A stretch of DNA of 33,071 nt from a virus (IMGVR_UViG_3300025389_000062:1-33071), one strand, 5' to 3'. Shown: positions 1 to 9,083, numbered from the stretch's first letter. Notes: a model not told the origin generated them from the sequence alone. Program-made: numbers and translations.

Positions 1-413
1 GGGAGTAGTGCTGAAATAGAATCTACAACAATAATATCTACTCCCGCCTCCATAAGTTGTTGTGCAACATCAACCATGTCATTAATAGATTTAGCTGATG
101 AATAAATAAGAGAATCAGAATCAACGCCTAACTTTGCAGCCCAAGCAGGATCATAAGATGCTTCTGCATCAATCCAAGCACAGGTCTTACCCTCTTTCTG
201 TGCTTGACCAATCATCTGCAAACAAAAAGATGACTTTCCAGCAGATTTATTTCCCCAAATAAGAACTTGACGACCAAAGCCCAAACCGCCTTTTAAAGCC
301 ATGGTTAAACCAATGCTAGGAGTTTTTTGTTTTTCTACGTTTACTGTCGTTGCTAGTTGCAGTCTTGCTCTTGTTTTTGGATCCAGCTTTGCTAGAATCT
401 CTTCCGTTATCAT
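1..413 (-). CDS. recA: RecA-like recombinase, N-terminal part (runs off the window start; missing from the ORF track)
   Basis: Manual translation from the ATG at 413: MITEEILAKLDPKTRARLQLATTVNVEKQKTPSIGLTMALKGGLGFGRQVLIWGNKSAGKSSFCLQMIGQAQKEGKTCAWIDAEASYDPAWAAKLGVD...DIIVVDSISALLP. It has Walker A (GNKSAGKS), the RecA-typical WIDAE..YDP motif and Walker B (IIVVDS). Confidence 0.93.
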   Translation of the reverse strand, partial: MITEEILAKLDPKTRARLQLATTVNVEKQKTPSIGLTMALKGGLGFGRQVLIWGNKSAGKSSFCLQMIGQAQKEGKTCAWIDAEASYDPAWAAKLGVDSDSLIYSSAKSINDMVDVAQQLMEAGVDIIVVDSISALL

Positions 414-570
414 GTAAACTCTTCTCTAATTCAATCGCTAATTCTTTAATTTGTTCATTACGGCTTGTCACTAATAGATCTATTATGTTATAGATTGCTT
501 TTTCATCTTCTGCTCTAATAACCAAAAGATATTCGTTTTCCGTTCCTTTAAGTACATAGGAATCAGCCAT
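316..570 (-). CDS. hypothetical protein; last 98 nt overlap recA in another frame
   Basis: 84-aa ORF with a globular-looking N-terminus. TATAAT lies 8 nt upstream of the ATG, which suggests a near-leaderless transcript. Confidence 0.7.
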   Translation of the reverse strand: MADSYVLKGTENEYLLVIRAEDEKAIYNIIDLLVTSRNEQIKELAIELEKSLHDNGRDSSKAGSKNKSKTATSNDSKRRKTKNS

Positions 571-586
571 ATACTTATATTATACA

Positions 587-856
587 CTATTCTGCTGGCG
601 TTTGTTCCGTTTCAAGAATATTTTCTGTTTGAGCAGGAATATCTGCCAAAGAGAATGTGACTGCTTTTGTTTCATCATTTTGATTTACAGCAATTGTCTT
701 ACCGCTATAATTTGCAATCAAATTATCCAGTGGAACCTCTACTGGGGCAATTGACAAAATTGCTGCACAAATCTGCTCAATGCTGATTTGAACGCTATCT
801 GACGGAATAGCATTATCTGTTGTTGCATCTATTACATTAGTTGTATCTTCTGACAT
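587..856 (-). CDS. small acidic hypothetical protein (paralog of 860..1096)
   Basis: 89 aa, AAGGA SD upstream; aligns by eye with the adjacent ORF. Confidence 0.8.
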   Translation of the reverse strand: MSEDTTNVIDATTDNAIPSDSVQISIEQICAAILSIAPVEVPLDNLIANYSGKTIAVNQNDETKAVTFSLADIPAQTENILETEQTPAE

Positions 857-859
857 TTT

Positions 860-1096
860 TTATTCCTTTTCTGTTTCTATGTTTGCTACTGAAAAATTTA
901 CCTCTAGGGTCATTGGATCTTGCTCTGATTTAATGTATTGTGTACTATAATCAGCCATTAATTCTTGCACGGAAATATCCATACTTCCGCCAATTCTTTT
1001 AAGGATAACTATGCACAACTCTCTATAATCAATGCTTTGATTAGGCGTTAAGCCATTCTTTATTTCACTGGAAACATTATTAAAAATATTCTCCAT
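860..1096 (-). CDS. small acidic hypothetical protein (paralog of 587..856)
   Basis: 78 aa, GGAGG SD; starts 1 nt after the dnaE stop. Confidence 0.8.
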   Translation of the reverse strand: MENIFNNVSSEIKNGLTPNQSIDYRELCIVILKRIGGSMDISVQELMADYSTQYIKSEQDPMTLEVNFSVANIETEKE

Positions 1097-1097
1097 A

Positions 1098-4000
1098 TTA
1101 TACTACCTCCTTTATGTAAAGTGTTCCGTCATCCATTTTTGAAATTGCTGGATCACAGATTGTTCCTATCTTCATTTTACCCAAAACAGTTGTGTATAGT
1201 TTTGGGAAAGCTATTACTCTTTCGAGATTTTTTTCTGAATCAGACAAAATTATGTGTGCCATCATTTTGTTTGCTTTTGTTTTATAATGAGTAAAGTCTA
1301 GCACAAGTCTTTTACCTGTGTCAATCTTTAACTTTTCACGGTATAGCCAATGCACAAATGTATCATCAACTTGATTAACAACATCATCAATAGTTACATA
1401 TTTATGAATACGGTTATCTCCAACTAAGAAGAAGTACATCATTCCTGGCTCAATCTTTGTATTTACCTCATGGAAAATCCCCACAGATCCTGTATCATCA
1501 ACTAATTCAATACGTGACCAAGTTGGACCTTTTTTAATTGATTTAACCATGGCAAGGAGCACAAAACACCCTTGTTCTAAAAACTCTTCAAGTGGATTAA
1601 CCTGTGCTTTAATTTTAGGGCTTAGCTTGCCTGTATCAAACTTAGGAATACCCAAGTATTCATATAGGTTTTCACTTTCATTTCCCTTTAATGGATTATC
1701 TTTAAATGATGCAGCACCTATTGAATTAAGAGAATCAATAGCTCTTGAGTTTATACCGCTACTTTTTTTGCTCGCTTCTTCAACAAAATGTGCCATTGAT
1801 TTATATGGCCTGTTAGCGATAATGCTATTCCCAACTTTGCCAGAAATGAACTTGATATCCGATAATCCAAATCTCAGCGAATTCCCTTGGATACTAAAAT
1901 CAATAGATGATTCGTTAATATGTGGGAGCAATACTTTAATGCCCAGTCGTTTAGCTTCCAGCAAATAGTCTGTTCTTGCATCCTTATCATTTTCATTCTT
2001 GAGAATGGCAAACATAAATTCAATAGGATAATAATGCTTGAGCCAAGCAGTATAATAGCTAAGCATAGAATATGCAATAGCGTGGGAACGGTTAAAAGAA
2101 TAACCAGCGTGGGCTTCAAAATCATGCCATAATTTTGTAGCATCCTCAACAGTAATATGCTGCGATGCTCCTGTTATAAACTGATCTTTGTATACATCAA
2201 ATTCACTAGCATCTTTTTTCTTTCCAATAATCTTTCTAACCTTATCAGCATCTGCCCATGACATACCGCCCAGATAAACGCAAGCCTGCATAACCTGCTC
2301 TTGATAAATGATAACGCCGTATGTACGCTTTGTAAACTCCTGCATGATTGGGTGTGGGTAAGTAATCATCTCTTCCCCACGTTTACGCCTTATATAAGAA
2401 CCTCCGACTGTATTCATTGCTCCTGGACGAACCAAGGCATTAGATGCAGCAAGATCCTCAAAGTTATCAACGCCCATTTTCATAAGAAGGTTAGTGTATG
2501 GAGTTGCTTCTGCTTGAAACACACCTTTAGTAAATCCATCAGATAAATCTTTAAATACTTTAGGGTCATCTAGCGGAATGTCTTTAAGTATGATTTCTTT
2601 ACCCTTATTATTCTTAATAATATTAATTGCATCGTCAATCACGGAAAGAGTTTTAAGTCCAAGTACGTCAAGCTTAATTAATCCTAAGTCTGCTGTTAGT
2701 TCCATATCATACGCAACTACTGGAATACGACCAGATACTGAATCATCTGGGTCTTTGCGTGTTTCAATAGGAACATACTTACTAATGTCATCTTTTGCAA
2801 CTACAACTCCCGCTGCATGCATTCCATTACTACGAATTTTTCCACGTAGCATAGAAGCATACTTAGTTACTTCTGGGTACTTAGCTCTAAATTCTGCAGT
2901 ACTTGGTGAAACTTCATATTCATCAAAACTCTCAACACCTTTAAGTGCTTTATTTACTTCTCCTAGCGGAATAAGAAATGCTCTTGCAACGTCACGAATA
3001 ACACCTTTATCTTTAAAATAAGTATAGGTAGATATAGATGCGACATGCTTAAACTTTTTACGCAGATAATCTTTTACTTCTCCACGACGGCGGTCCATAA
3101 AATCTGTATCAATATCAGGAAAGTCATTACGCTCTGGGTTAATAAAGCGGAAAAACAATAAATCAAATTTAATTGGGTCTACATCAGTAATACCCATTAG
3201 ATAGCATACTAAAGATCCAGCAGCTGATCCTCGTCCTGGGCCAACCATGATTTTGTTTTCCTTTGCCCAACCAACCATATCACCAACAATAAGGAAGTAA
3301 CTAGCAAAGTTCTTGTCAGCAATGACTTGAAGTTCTTCTTTAAGTCTTTCTCCATATGTCTCATTGTCTAAACCCTTTTCTACGAGAGACTTGTCGCACA
3401 TTTCTTTAAGTGTTTTTAACGCATTCTTTTTTGGTACTGGCAGCAAGTCAAGGTTTTCATGAAAATCATATAGCTCAACTTTGTTTGCAATTTCTACTGA
3501 TGATGAGTAGATATCTTCTCTTGTAACCCCCGCTTTTTCAAAATCCATTTTAATTTCAGAATAGGATTGAATATAAACGTTAATGTCAGCGAAGCTAATA
3601 GGCCGATCGGGATAAAGATGGTCAAAGCGATCAATGATGTTACTACGTAAACGACCACTTGTATAGTCTGCATCTTTGTTCTGTGTCGGTTTTGTGGATA
3701 AGATAAGGAGAAGTTCTTCCAAATCCCTCTCCTCTTTCTTTGCAAAATGACAATCTCCTGTAGCAACTGGCTTCACCCCAAATTTATCTGCTAATTCAAG
3801 CAGAGAGTTATTTAATTCAACTGGATTGTGAGCTTGAACTTCAATATAGAAATCATCTTTAAAATGATTTTTAAATTGCTTTACAAGTTCTTCAGCTTTA
3901 TCTTTTTCACCACGCTCTATTGCCTTAGAGATAAGACCATTCATACAGCCTGATACAACAATTATACCGTCACCAAACTCCCAAAGCACTTCCATATCAA

Positions 4001-4373
4001 TGCGTGGTTTGTGATAATATCCTTCTGTCCAAGCAATTTGAGAAAGTTTTTGCAGGTTTTTTAAACCTAAATCATTTTTTGCTAGCAAGATAATGTGGTT
4101 ATACAAGGAAGTGTTGTCATCTCTTTTGGCAACTGCTCTTTTATCGAAACGGTCTGTAGCCGAGATATAAGCTTCTAGACCGAGTATAGGCTTAATGCCT
4201 AATTCTTTAGCTGCGATTTGCATATCTCTATGAGATGACAACGTTCCATGATCGGTGATAGCTAAACTTGTCTGACCCATATCTTTTGCAGCCTGCAAAA
4301 GCTCATGAGGGGTATTTAAACCATCCATCAAAGAGTAATGCGAGTGAACGTGCAAGTGAACAAAGTCAGACAT
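1098..4373 (-). CDS. dnaE: DNA polymerase III alpha subunit (family C, DnaE type)
   Basis: PHP domain (HLHVHSHYS, TDHG, GLEAY, GDCH), GPGRGSAAGS, FFRFINPER, catalytic PDIDTDF, HAAGVV, LIKLDVLGL, YQEQVM, YSFNRSH, and a C-terminal OB fold. Confidence 0.98.
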   Translation of the reverse strand: MSDFVHLHVHSHYSLMDGLNTPHELLQAAKDMGQTSLAITDHGTLSSHRDMQIAAKELGIKPILGLEAYISATDRFDKRAVAKRDDNTSLYNHIILLAKNDLGLKNLQKLSQIAWTEGYYHKPRIDMEVLWEFGDGIIVVSGCMNGLISKAIERGEKDKAEELVKQFKNHFKDDFYIEVQAHNPVELNNSLLELADKFGVKPVATGDCHFAKKEERDLEELLLILSTKPTQNKDADYTSGRLRSNIIDRFDHLYPDRPISFADINVYIQSYSEIKMDFEKAGVTREDIYSSSVEIANKVELYDFHENLDLLPVPKKNALKTLKEMCDKSLVEKGLDNETYGERLKEELQVIADKNFASYFLIVGDMVGWAKENKIMVGPGRGSAAGSLVCYLMGITDVDPIKFDLLFFRFINPERNDFPDIDTDFMDRRRGEVKDYLRKKFKHVASISTYTYFKDKGVIRDVARAFLIPLGEVNKALKGVESFDEYEVSPSTAEFRAKYPEVTKYASMLRGKIRSNGMHAAGVVVAKDDISKYVPIETRKDPDDSVSGRIPVVAYDMELTADLGLIKLDVLGLKTLSVIDDAINIIKNNKGKEIILKDIPLDDPKVFKDLSDGFTKGVFQAEATPYTNLLMKMGVDNFEDLAASNALVRPGAMNTVGGSYIRRKRGEEMITYPHPIMQEFTKRTYGVIIYQEQVMQACVYLGGMSWADADKVRKIIGKKKDASEFDVYKDQFITGASQHITVEDATKLWHDFEAHAGYSFNRSHAIAYSMLSYYTAWLKHYYPIEFMFAILKNENDKDARTDYLLEAKRLGIKVLLPHINESSIDFSIQGNSLRFGLSDIKFISGKVGNSIIANRPYKSMAHFVEEASKKSSGINSRAIDSLNSIGAASFKDNPLKGNESENLYEYLGIPKFDTGKLSPKIKAQVNPLEEFLEQGCFVLLAMVKSIKKGPTWSRIELVDDTGSVGIFHEVNTKIEPGMMYFFLVGDNRIHKYVTIDDVVNQVDDTFVHWLYREKLKIDTGKRLVLDFTHYKTKANKMMAHIILSDSEKNLERVIAFPKLYTTVLGKMKIGTICDPAISKMDDGTLYIKEVV

Positions 4374-4400
4374 ATTTAACTTTCTTTTATTAGGTAGGTA

Positions 4401-5093
4401 TTACCACTCAACTGCTGATGAAGACTCAGCAGATGAAGAACTGTTGGATGCATTTGATGCATCAGTTGATGTTCCAAAGTAGAATGCTTCTTGCTCTGCA
4501 TAAGGAACATCACGAACTGCTGTTTTTTCAAGATCAAACATTTCGTACTTATCAAAATCAATTGGCTCTACATTTGCAGTAGGAAGTGGAATAGCTGAAT
4601 AGCTGGTATCTGTTGCACCGCTACCCGTACGCTTTACCTTCCAATTAGTATTTGTAATACTACCAGTTTCTCCCGCCCAAGCAATTACTGATTCAGTGAT
4701 AGCCTTTGGACCAAGACCCTGTGAAAGAATTGCTACGTATGGCTCTTTAACTCCATCATCTACAATTACATTTGCATAGAAACGCTTCTTACCGTTCCAT
4801 TTAGCCTTTGGGTCACGACGATGCATTTCACAACCAAAACAACGGCCTTGATCTTCAATTGAACAAAGTGCCTTGCGTTGGTAATGTTCTGGATTTGTGT
4901 GCTCTACGGCAATAAAAGCAGTTCCTGCTTTTTCATTATAGTTTGGTGAGTTTGGATCAATCTCTTGCATAAAGCGAATCTTTACAGATTGATTATCGTT
5001 AATCTTTAACCAAGTACCCTTTTGGCCATCGCCTGAATACTCTGATTTTTCCATTTGTTGATTTAGTGCATTAAGGCCTCTTACGATACCCAT
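4401..5093 (-). CDS. single-stranded DNA-binding protein, T4 gp32-like
   Basis: KIRF motif, H-x11-C-x7-C-x2-C zinc pattern, RFYANV, KVKRTGSG..TSY, and a Ser-rich/acidic C-terminal tail; located between primase and polymerase. Confidence 0.8.
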   Translation of the reverse strand: MGIVRGLNALNQQMEKSEYSGDGQKGTWLKINDNQSVKIRFMQEIDPNSPNYNEKAGTAFIAVEHTNPEHYQRKALCSIEDQGRCFGCEMHRRDPKAKWNGKKRFYANVIVDDGVKEPYVAILSQGLGPKAITESVIAWAGETGSITNTNWKVKRTGSGATDTSYSAIPLPTANVEPIDFDKYEMFDLEKTAVRDVPYAEQEAFYFGTSTDASNASNSSSSAESSSAVEW

Positions 5094-5137
5094 ATATTCT
5101 CCTTAGTGTAATGGACTCTATATTGTCCTGTATATTT

Positions 5138-5146
5138 ATTATAGCA
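5138..5146 (-). promoter_or_regulatory. extended -10 motif TGCTATAAT upstream of SSB
   Basis: Intergenic, coding-strand orientation; one of several TGnTATAAT copies. Confidence 0.6.
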
Positions 5147-5163
5147 TGTAGTATTGGCTTTGT

Positions 5164-6129
5164 CTAGTCTATATTTGCATATTCAAAATGCGGAATTGCA
5201 TTTTTTATACACTGATTTATTTCTTCATCTGTGAGATCGCCCACATCTTTTGCTTGATGTGGATAAGTAACTAAACTATCATAACGTGCCCACAAAACAT
5301 TTTTATTCTTTAATTTATTAGCAATAGTTTCACCTAAAGACCTGCCTGCCTTATCATTATCTGTCATAACAATAATAGTTGATGCATACCTATTTAAATT
5401 CTGAATGTTAATATCTGATATACTACCACCCAAAGTAGCTACTGCATTTGGGAATCCCGCCTGCCATAAACGAATAGCATCAAAGCTTGACTCAACAACA
5501 ATAATAGTACCACCTTGACGTTTTGCACGATGTATATTAAATAATGTTTTGTTTCTTGGTAGGTTAGGGCTATTTTTAAATGACTTTCCCTCTATTGATC
5601 TTCCTATTACACCCACCAATACCCCGTCTGGAGAATGCAGTGGAACCATTGTCATTTTTTGTATAGCAGAAAATCCAAGCTGAAAGTATTCCATTGCTTC
5701 TTCATTAATTTTTCTAGATAGCAAATAATCTTTTGCACCATAAGCACCAGACATTAAAAGCATATGTGCCCCCTCAACAGTTTGTGTGGGGAAAACCTCA
5801 AACTCTGGCTTTTCATCAAGTAACTCTTTTAGTTCTTCTTCAAGCATTTCTGTTTCTGACATTTTATTTGAAGATATAAAACGCATTGCTTCAAAATTAT
5901 TTCTACCTGTTAATTTAATAACAAGATCAAGTATCGTGCCCGATGAGTTACAGTTTTGATTGTAACAAACATACAAGCCTTTTGAATAGCTTGCTGCAAA
6001 GGCTGGTGAATCTGTATTGTGATGAAATGGGCATAAACACAGGAAGTCTGTACCTGTTTGAGAAATAATCTCAATATTACAAGAACGCAAAATAGAGCGG
6101 AGATCCGCTTTAGTATATGTGTCTGCCAT
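5164..6129 (-). CDS. dnaG: DNA primase (CHC2 zinc finger + TOPRIM)
   Basis: CPFH..TDSPAF...CYNQNC zinc-binding domain; TOPRIM VVESSFDAI, ATLGG, TDNDKAG; KDVGD. Confidence 0.93.
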   Translation of the reverse strand: MADTYTKADLRSILRSCNIEIISQTGTDFLCLCPFHHNTDSPAFAASYSKGLYVCYNQNCNSSGTILDLVIKLTGRNNFEAMRFISSNKMSETEMLEEELKELLDEKPEFEVFPTQTVEGAHMLLMSGAYGAKDYLLSRKINEEAMEYFQLGFSAIQKMTMVPLHSPDGVLVGVIGRSIEGKSFKNSPNLPRNKTLFNIHRAKRQGGTIIVVESSFDAIRLWQAGFPNAVATLGGSISDINIQNLNRYASTIIVMTDNDKAGRSLGETIANKLKNKNVLWARYDSLVTYPHQAKDVGDLTDEEINQCIKNAIPHFEYANID

Positions 6130-6132
6130 TTT

Positions 6133-6423
6133 TTATCCTTTAGGTATTAAACTCTGACCAGAGAATCCTTCGTACAATAGCGACTTAGCCTTTCCTAGAT
6201 ATATTCCGTACATGACTAAGTTGAAAGTGTAGTGATCTTTCTCTTGATTATATTTTATATTAAATTGTGGTTGCATGTCAAGGACAGGAACGTAACCTTT
6301 GTCCCGCATTTGCTGAACCAAAAGTCTTTCATAATTCTCCCTTGAGCTTTGAAACTTGGAATCATCTTTAATGGTTCCATTGATCCAAAAGTCATGTATT
6401 TTTCGTGGGTACATGATCACCAA
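6133..6423 (-). CDS. hypothetical protein between helicase and primase
   Basis: 96-aa ORF tightly packed in the operon. The start could be TTG 6423, GTG 6420 or ATG 6414; TGGTATAAT lies upstream. Confidence 0.8.
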   Translation of the reverse strand: MVIMYPRKIHDFWINGTIKDDSKFQSSRENYERLLVQQMRDKGYVPVLDMQPQFNIKYNQEKDHYTFNLVMYGIYLGKAKSLLYEGFSGQSLIPKG

Positions 6424-6435
6424 TCTTTCTTGATA

Positions 6436-6444
6436 ATTATACCA
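6436..6444 (-). promoter_or_regulatory. extended -10 motif TGGTATAAT
   Basis: Intergenic, between dnaB and the next gene. Confidence 0.6.
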
Positions 6445-6468
6445 AGTTAGATTTACATTCCATAAATT

Positions 6469-7695
6469 TTAGGTTATCGGAATGTCGTATACCTCTTTGA
6501 CTACACCTCTGTTAAGGTCCCAGTCAAGATACATGCCAAACTCTGTGCCATGACGATTTTTACGGCTTACAATTTCCATAATATTAGAATCGGGATTTTT
6601 GTGAACTGCAATAGCCATATCAGCATCATACTCAATTGCTTTAGACCAAGCCACTTGATTTAACATAGGTGGAGAATCGTGATCTGCCGTTTCTTCTGCA
6701 GTTGCAGCAGTAATATCAATTACGGGAATATTATTTCTCATTGCAAGCATTTTAAACTCACGAGAGATATTCATATTTCGTTCTGTTGGAGCTTTTGAAT
6801 TATTTGAATCAACAAATAGCTGATGATAATCTAAAATAACCAAATCTGGTTTATGCTGATCAATTTTTGCTTGAACAGTTGTTGGGGTTACAACTCCTGA
6901 ACCTTCATTTGATACAAGTATAAACCCATTCTTATCCAAGAACTTTTTCTTTCCCCAATCATCAAAAGCATCCATATCAATACTACCTCTTGAAAAGTCT
7001 GAAGATTTAAATAATCCCGACCCAAGCATGGTGTAGATACGATCACGCATGTTCTCTGGAGTCATTTCAAGAGAAATAATCATAGGCTTAAAACCCTGCT
7101 CCCAAGCCTTGCAAGCCAAATAAGAGGAAAACCAAGTCTTACCCTTACCTGGCCAACCAATCATGACGATAAGGTGTCCTGGAGCCATTCCTGTGGGGTA
7201 TGCATAGTCAATAGCCTTGAAGCCAGTCATAATGCCTGGGCTACCGCCCATAATATCAGAGCGATTTCTTACTGCTTCGAAATGTTTTTCTGCAGACTTA
7301 TAGTCAGTCAAGTCAATATCACGAACACTTGCAGTAAGCCTTCCTAGGCTTGTTAGTTCTTTTTGCATATCGCCAATAACTCTTGCCGATGCTTCTGTTT
7401 TCAAACTTGCACCAGAGGTAAGCAGTAGGTTGCGTAGACGGCCTGCAAGATATTCATTTTTTAGTTGATCAAGATAATATGCAGTTTCGCCCTTTACCTT
7501 AACTGGCTCAAAATCTTTGAACCTTTCAGTAAGAACTGAGATATCAGGAACTGCCTTAAACTTTAAATAGTATGACTTTAAACCTTCCCACACATCTCTG
7601 TGAGAAGTAAATACCTCATCAATATTATCAGCAAGAACTGTAGAGATATCTTTGTTCTCACATACTGCTGTAATTACCGCTGACTCAGTGTTCAT
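6469..7695 (-). CDS. dnaB: DnaB-like replicative helicase (SF4)
   Basis: Walker A GWPGKGKT, ISLEM, Walker B VILDYHQL, IEYDAD, KNRHG. Confidence 0.96.
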   Translation of the reverse strand: MNTESAVITAVCENKDISTVLADNIDEVFTSHRDVWEGLKSYYLKFKAVPDISVLTERFKDFEPVKVKGETAYYLDQLKNEYLAGRLRNLLLTSGASLKTEASARVIGDMQKELTSLGRLTASVRDIDLTDYKSAEKHFEAVRNRSDIMGGSPGIMTGFKAIDYAYPTGMAPGHLIVMIGWPGKGKTWFSSYLACKAWEQGFKPMIISLEMTPENMRDRIYTMLGSGLFKSSDFSRGSIDMDAFDDWGKKKFLDKNGFILVSNEGSGVVTPTTVQAKIDQHKPDLVILDYHQLFVDSNNSKAPTERNMNISREFKMLAMRNNIPVIDITAATAEETADHDSPPMLNQVAWSKAIEYDADMAIAVHKNPDSNIMEIVSRKNRHGTEFGMYLDWDLNRGVVKEVYDIPIT

Positions 7696-8017
7696 CGTCT
7701 CTTTCTTGAACCATAGATTTTGTTTTTGCTCGAATTAATTCTCTTCGTGTTTTATCTTCTTGTGACTGCTGCAAAGTCATATCAAGCTTTTCGAAGTTAT
7801 AAAAGAACCAAGGTAGGGGATGACCAGCTCTGTCTGTTTTAAAATAATACTCAAGCAACTCTTTTGATCTATCATACCCTATGCTTGCAATCACGTCAAG
7901 CATAGCCCACTTTTCACGATAACGATTAACAACCGCTACTTTCTTGTACTTCTCTTTATAAAGAGAGCAATAAAGAGATACAAGTGCGTATCCTTGTTTT
8001 GCTTCATCTTTTGTCAT
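7685..8017 (-). CDS. hypothetical helical protein (possible helicase loader/partner)
   Basis: 110 aa, overlaps the dnaB start. Function is inferred from position only. Confidence 0.75.
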   Translation of the reverse strand: MTKDEAKQGYALVSLYCSLYKEKYKKVAVVNRYREKWAMLDVIASIGYDRSKELLEYYFKTDRAGHPLPWFFYNFEKLDMTLQQSQEDKTRRELIRAKTKSMVQERDDEH

Positions 8018-8229
8018 TTCTTGCCCTTACCCTTTAATTCACTTTCAATCTCATTAACTTTTTCTATAAGCTTCTCTTCTACAAAAGCATATATCCTATC
8101 AGTTGCATCACTAGTACTTTCCCCAGTACGTTTGAAATCTTCAATACCAATTCCAACCTTAATACTTTCGTAGTTACCCAAATTTCTAGTAAATTGTAAC
8201 TCTACTTTAATGCTCGTCTGATTGTTCAT
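8014..8229 (-). CDS. hypothetical protein
   Basis: 71 aa with a TRNLGNYES(I/L)K motif common in small phage proteins; ATGA overlap with the next gene. Confidence 0.8.
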   Translation of the reverse strand: MNNQTSIKVELQFTRNLGNYESIKVGIGIEDFKRTGESTSDATDRIYAFVEEKLIEKVNEIESELKGKGKK

Positions 8230-8443
8230 TTACTTGTTCCTTTTCAGCTAATGAGAATCCTGGCTTGAACTTTTTCATGTTCTTATCAGCAAGGTGTTGA
8301 TACAACATCATCAACCTATCTGATATTGCTATCATAGCATCTAGGTCATCCTTTTGTAAAGCCAACTCCATAGCATATTCTAAAACTTTTAACGATGCAT
8401 CCAGCGTATGCTTAGCTTCTTTAGTTAATTTATCATTTACCAT
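8207..8443 (-). CDS. hypothetical helical protein
   Basis: 78 aa, overlaps both neighbours in the operon. Confidence 0.75.
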   Translation of the reverse strand: MVNDKLTKEAKHTLDASLKVLEYAMELALQKDDLDAMIAISDRLMMLYQHLADKNMKKFKPGFSLAEKEQVNEQSDEH

Positions 8444-8952
8444 TCAGGTTGCTTCCAAACTGGAACGAATTCCCCGTCATCATTCTTAACATATAAAATG
8501 TTTTCCTGTTTCATTATAGCTTCTAGTTCCGCTCTACTAGGCATATCGCCTGGTGTTGTTTTGCCATCATTTCTTGGTCTTCCACGATGTACAGTTTTAA
8601 AAAAACTATGCATTTCTCTCATGTCATCTTCACTCCAAAAATATTTTCCTGGAGTTTTATTCCCATTTAAAGAATAAGATCTTTGAGGATACTTTAAATT
8701 TCCTTTGTAAAGGTGCATTTTTATTGTATCTTCGTGCTTACCTATTATTTTTGTAACTTGTGAGATGGGGTAAGCATGTTGTTTATTTTTATTAACATCT
8801 GTTAAATTATAAGCAACACGCTTACCCTGCTGATAATCCCATGCGATTAACAAGTCTTCAGCACGTGAGCGATGCAATACTTTATGAAGCAAACCGTTTA
8901 GGTAGAAATACCGTAACCGTGTTGCACTTTTTCCTCTTGCCTTGCTACCCAT
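8437..8952 (-). CDS. putative DNA-binding protein (MerR/excisionase-like HTH plus GRPR motif)
   Basis: YPISQVTKIIGKHEDTIKMHLYKGNLKYP...YFWSEDD resembles a MerR/Xis winged HTH; HRGRPR is AT-hook-like. Confidence 0.7.
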   Translation of the reverse strand: MGSKARGKSATRLRYFYLNGLLHKVLHRSRAEDLLIAWDYQQGKRVAYNLTDVNKNKQHAYPISQVTKIIGKHEDTIKMHLYKGNLKYPQRSYSLNGNKTPGKYFWSEDDMREMHSFFKTVHRGRPRNDGKTTPGDMPSRAELEAIMKQENILYVKNDDGEFVPVWKQPEW

Positions 8953-9083
8953 GATGCAAACCTATTATCTCTTCTGATCATCCATCTTTTGCCACACATG
9001 ATGCAAAAAAGTTCTACTCGTAGATTTTGAGAATAAACTCTGTCTACAAACACCCTTCCCTTGCATCTTTTACATTTCATCAT
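8898..9083 (-). CDS. small zinc-ribbon protein
   Basis: CKRC...CIMCG pairs in 61 aa. Confidence 0.8.
   Translation of the reverse strand: MMKCKRCKGRVFVDRVYSQNLRVELFCIMCGKRWMIRRDNRFASWVARQEEKVQHGYGIST

Noticed and set aside
4376-4561. 61-aa minus-strand ORF, and similar nested ORFs (1874..2149, 3494..3766, 18387..18605, 27607..27882, 29644..29826)
   Set aside because: They are out-of-frame ORFs lying within SSB, dnaE, tail or tape measure genes, with no motifs.
5110-5130. Small GGAC-N8-GTCC hairpin in the SSB leader (gp32-style autoregulation?)
   Set aside because: The stem is only 4-5 bp, too weak to distinguish from chance.
1098-7695. Inteins or introns in dnaE and dnaB
   Set aside because: Protein lengths are normal, the usual insertion motifs are contiguous (YSFNRSH, GWPGKGKT), and no C...HN splice motifs or LAGLIDADG blocks were seen.
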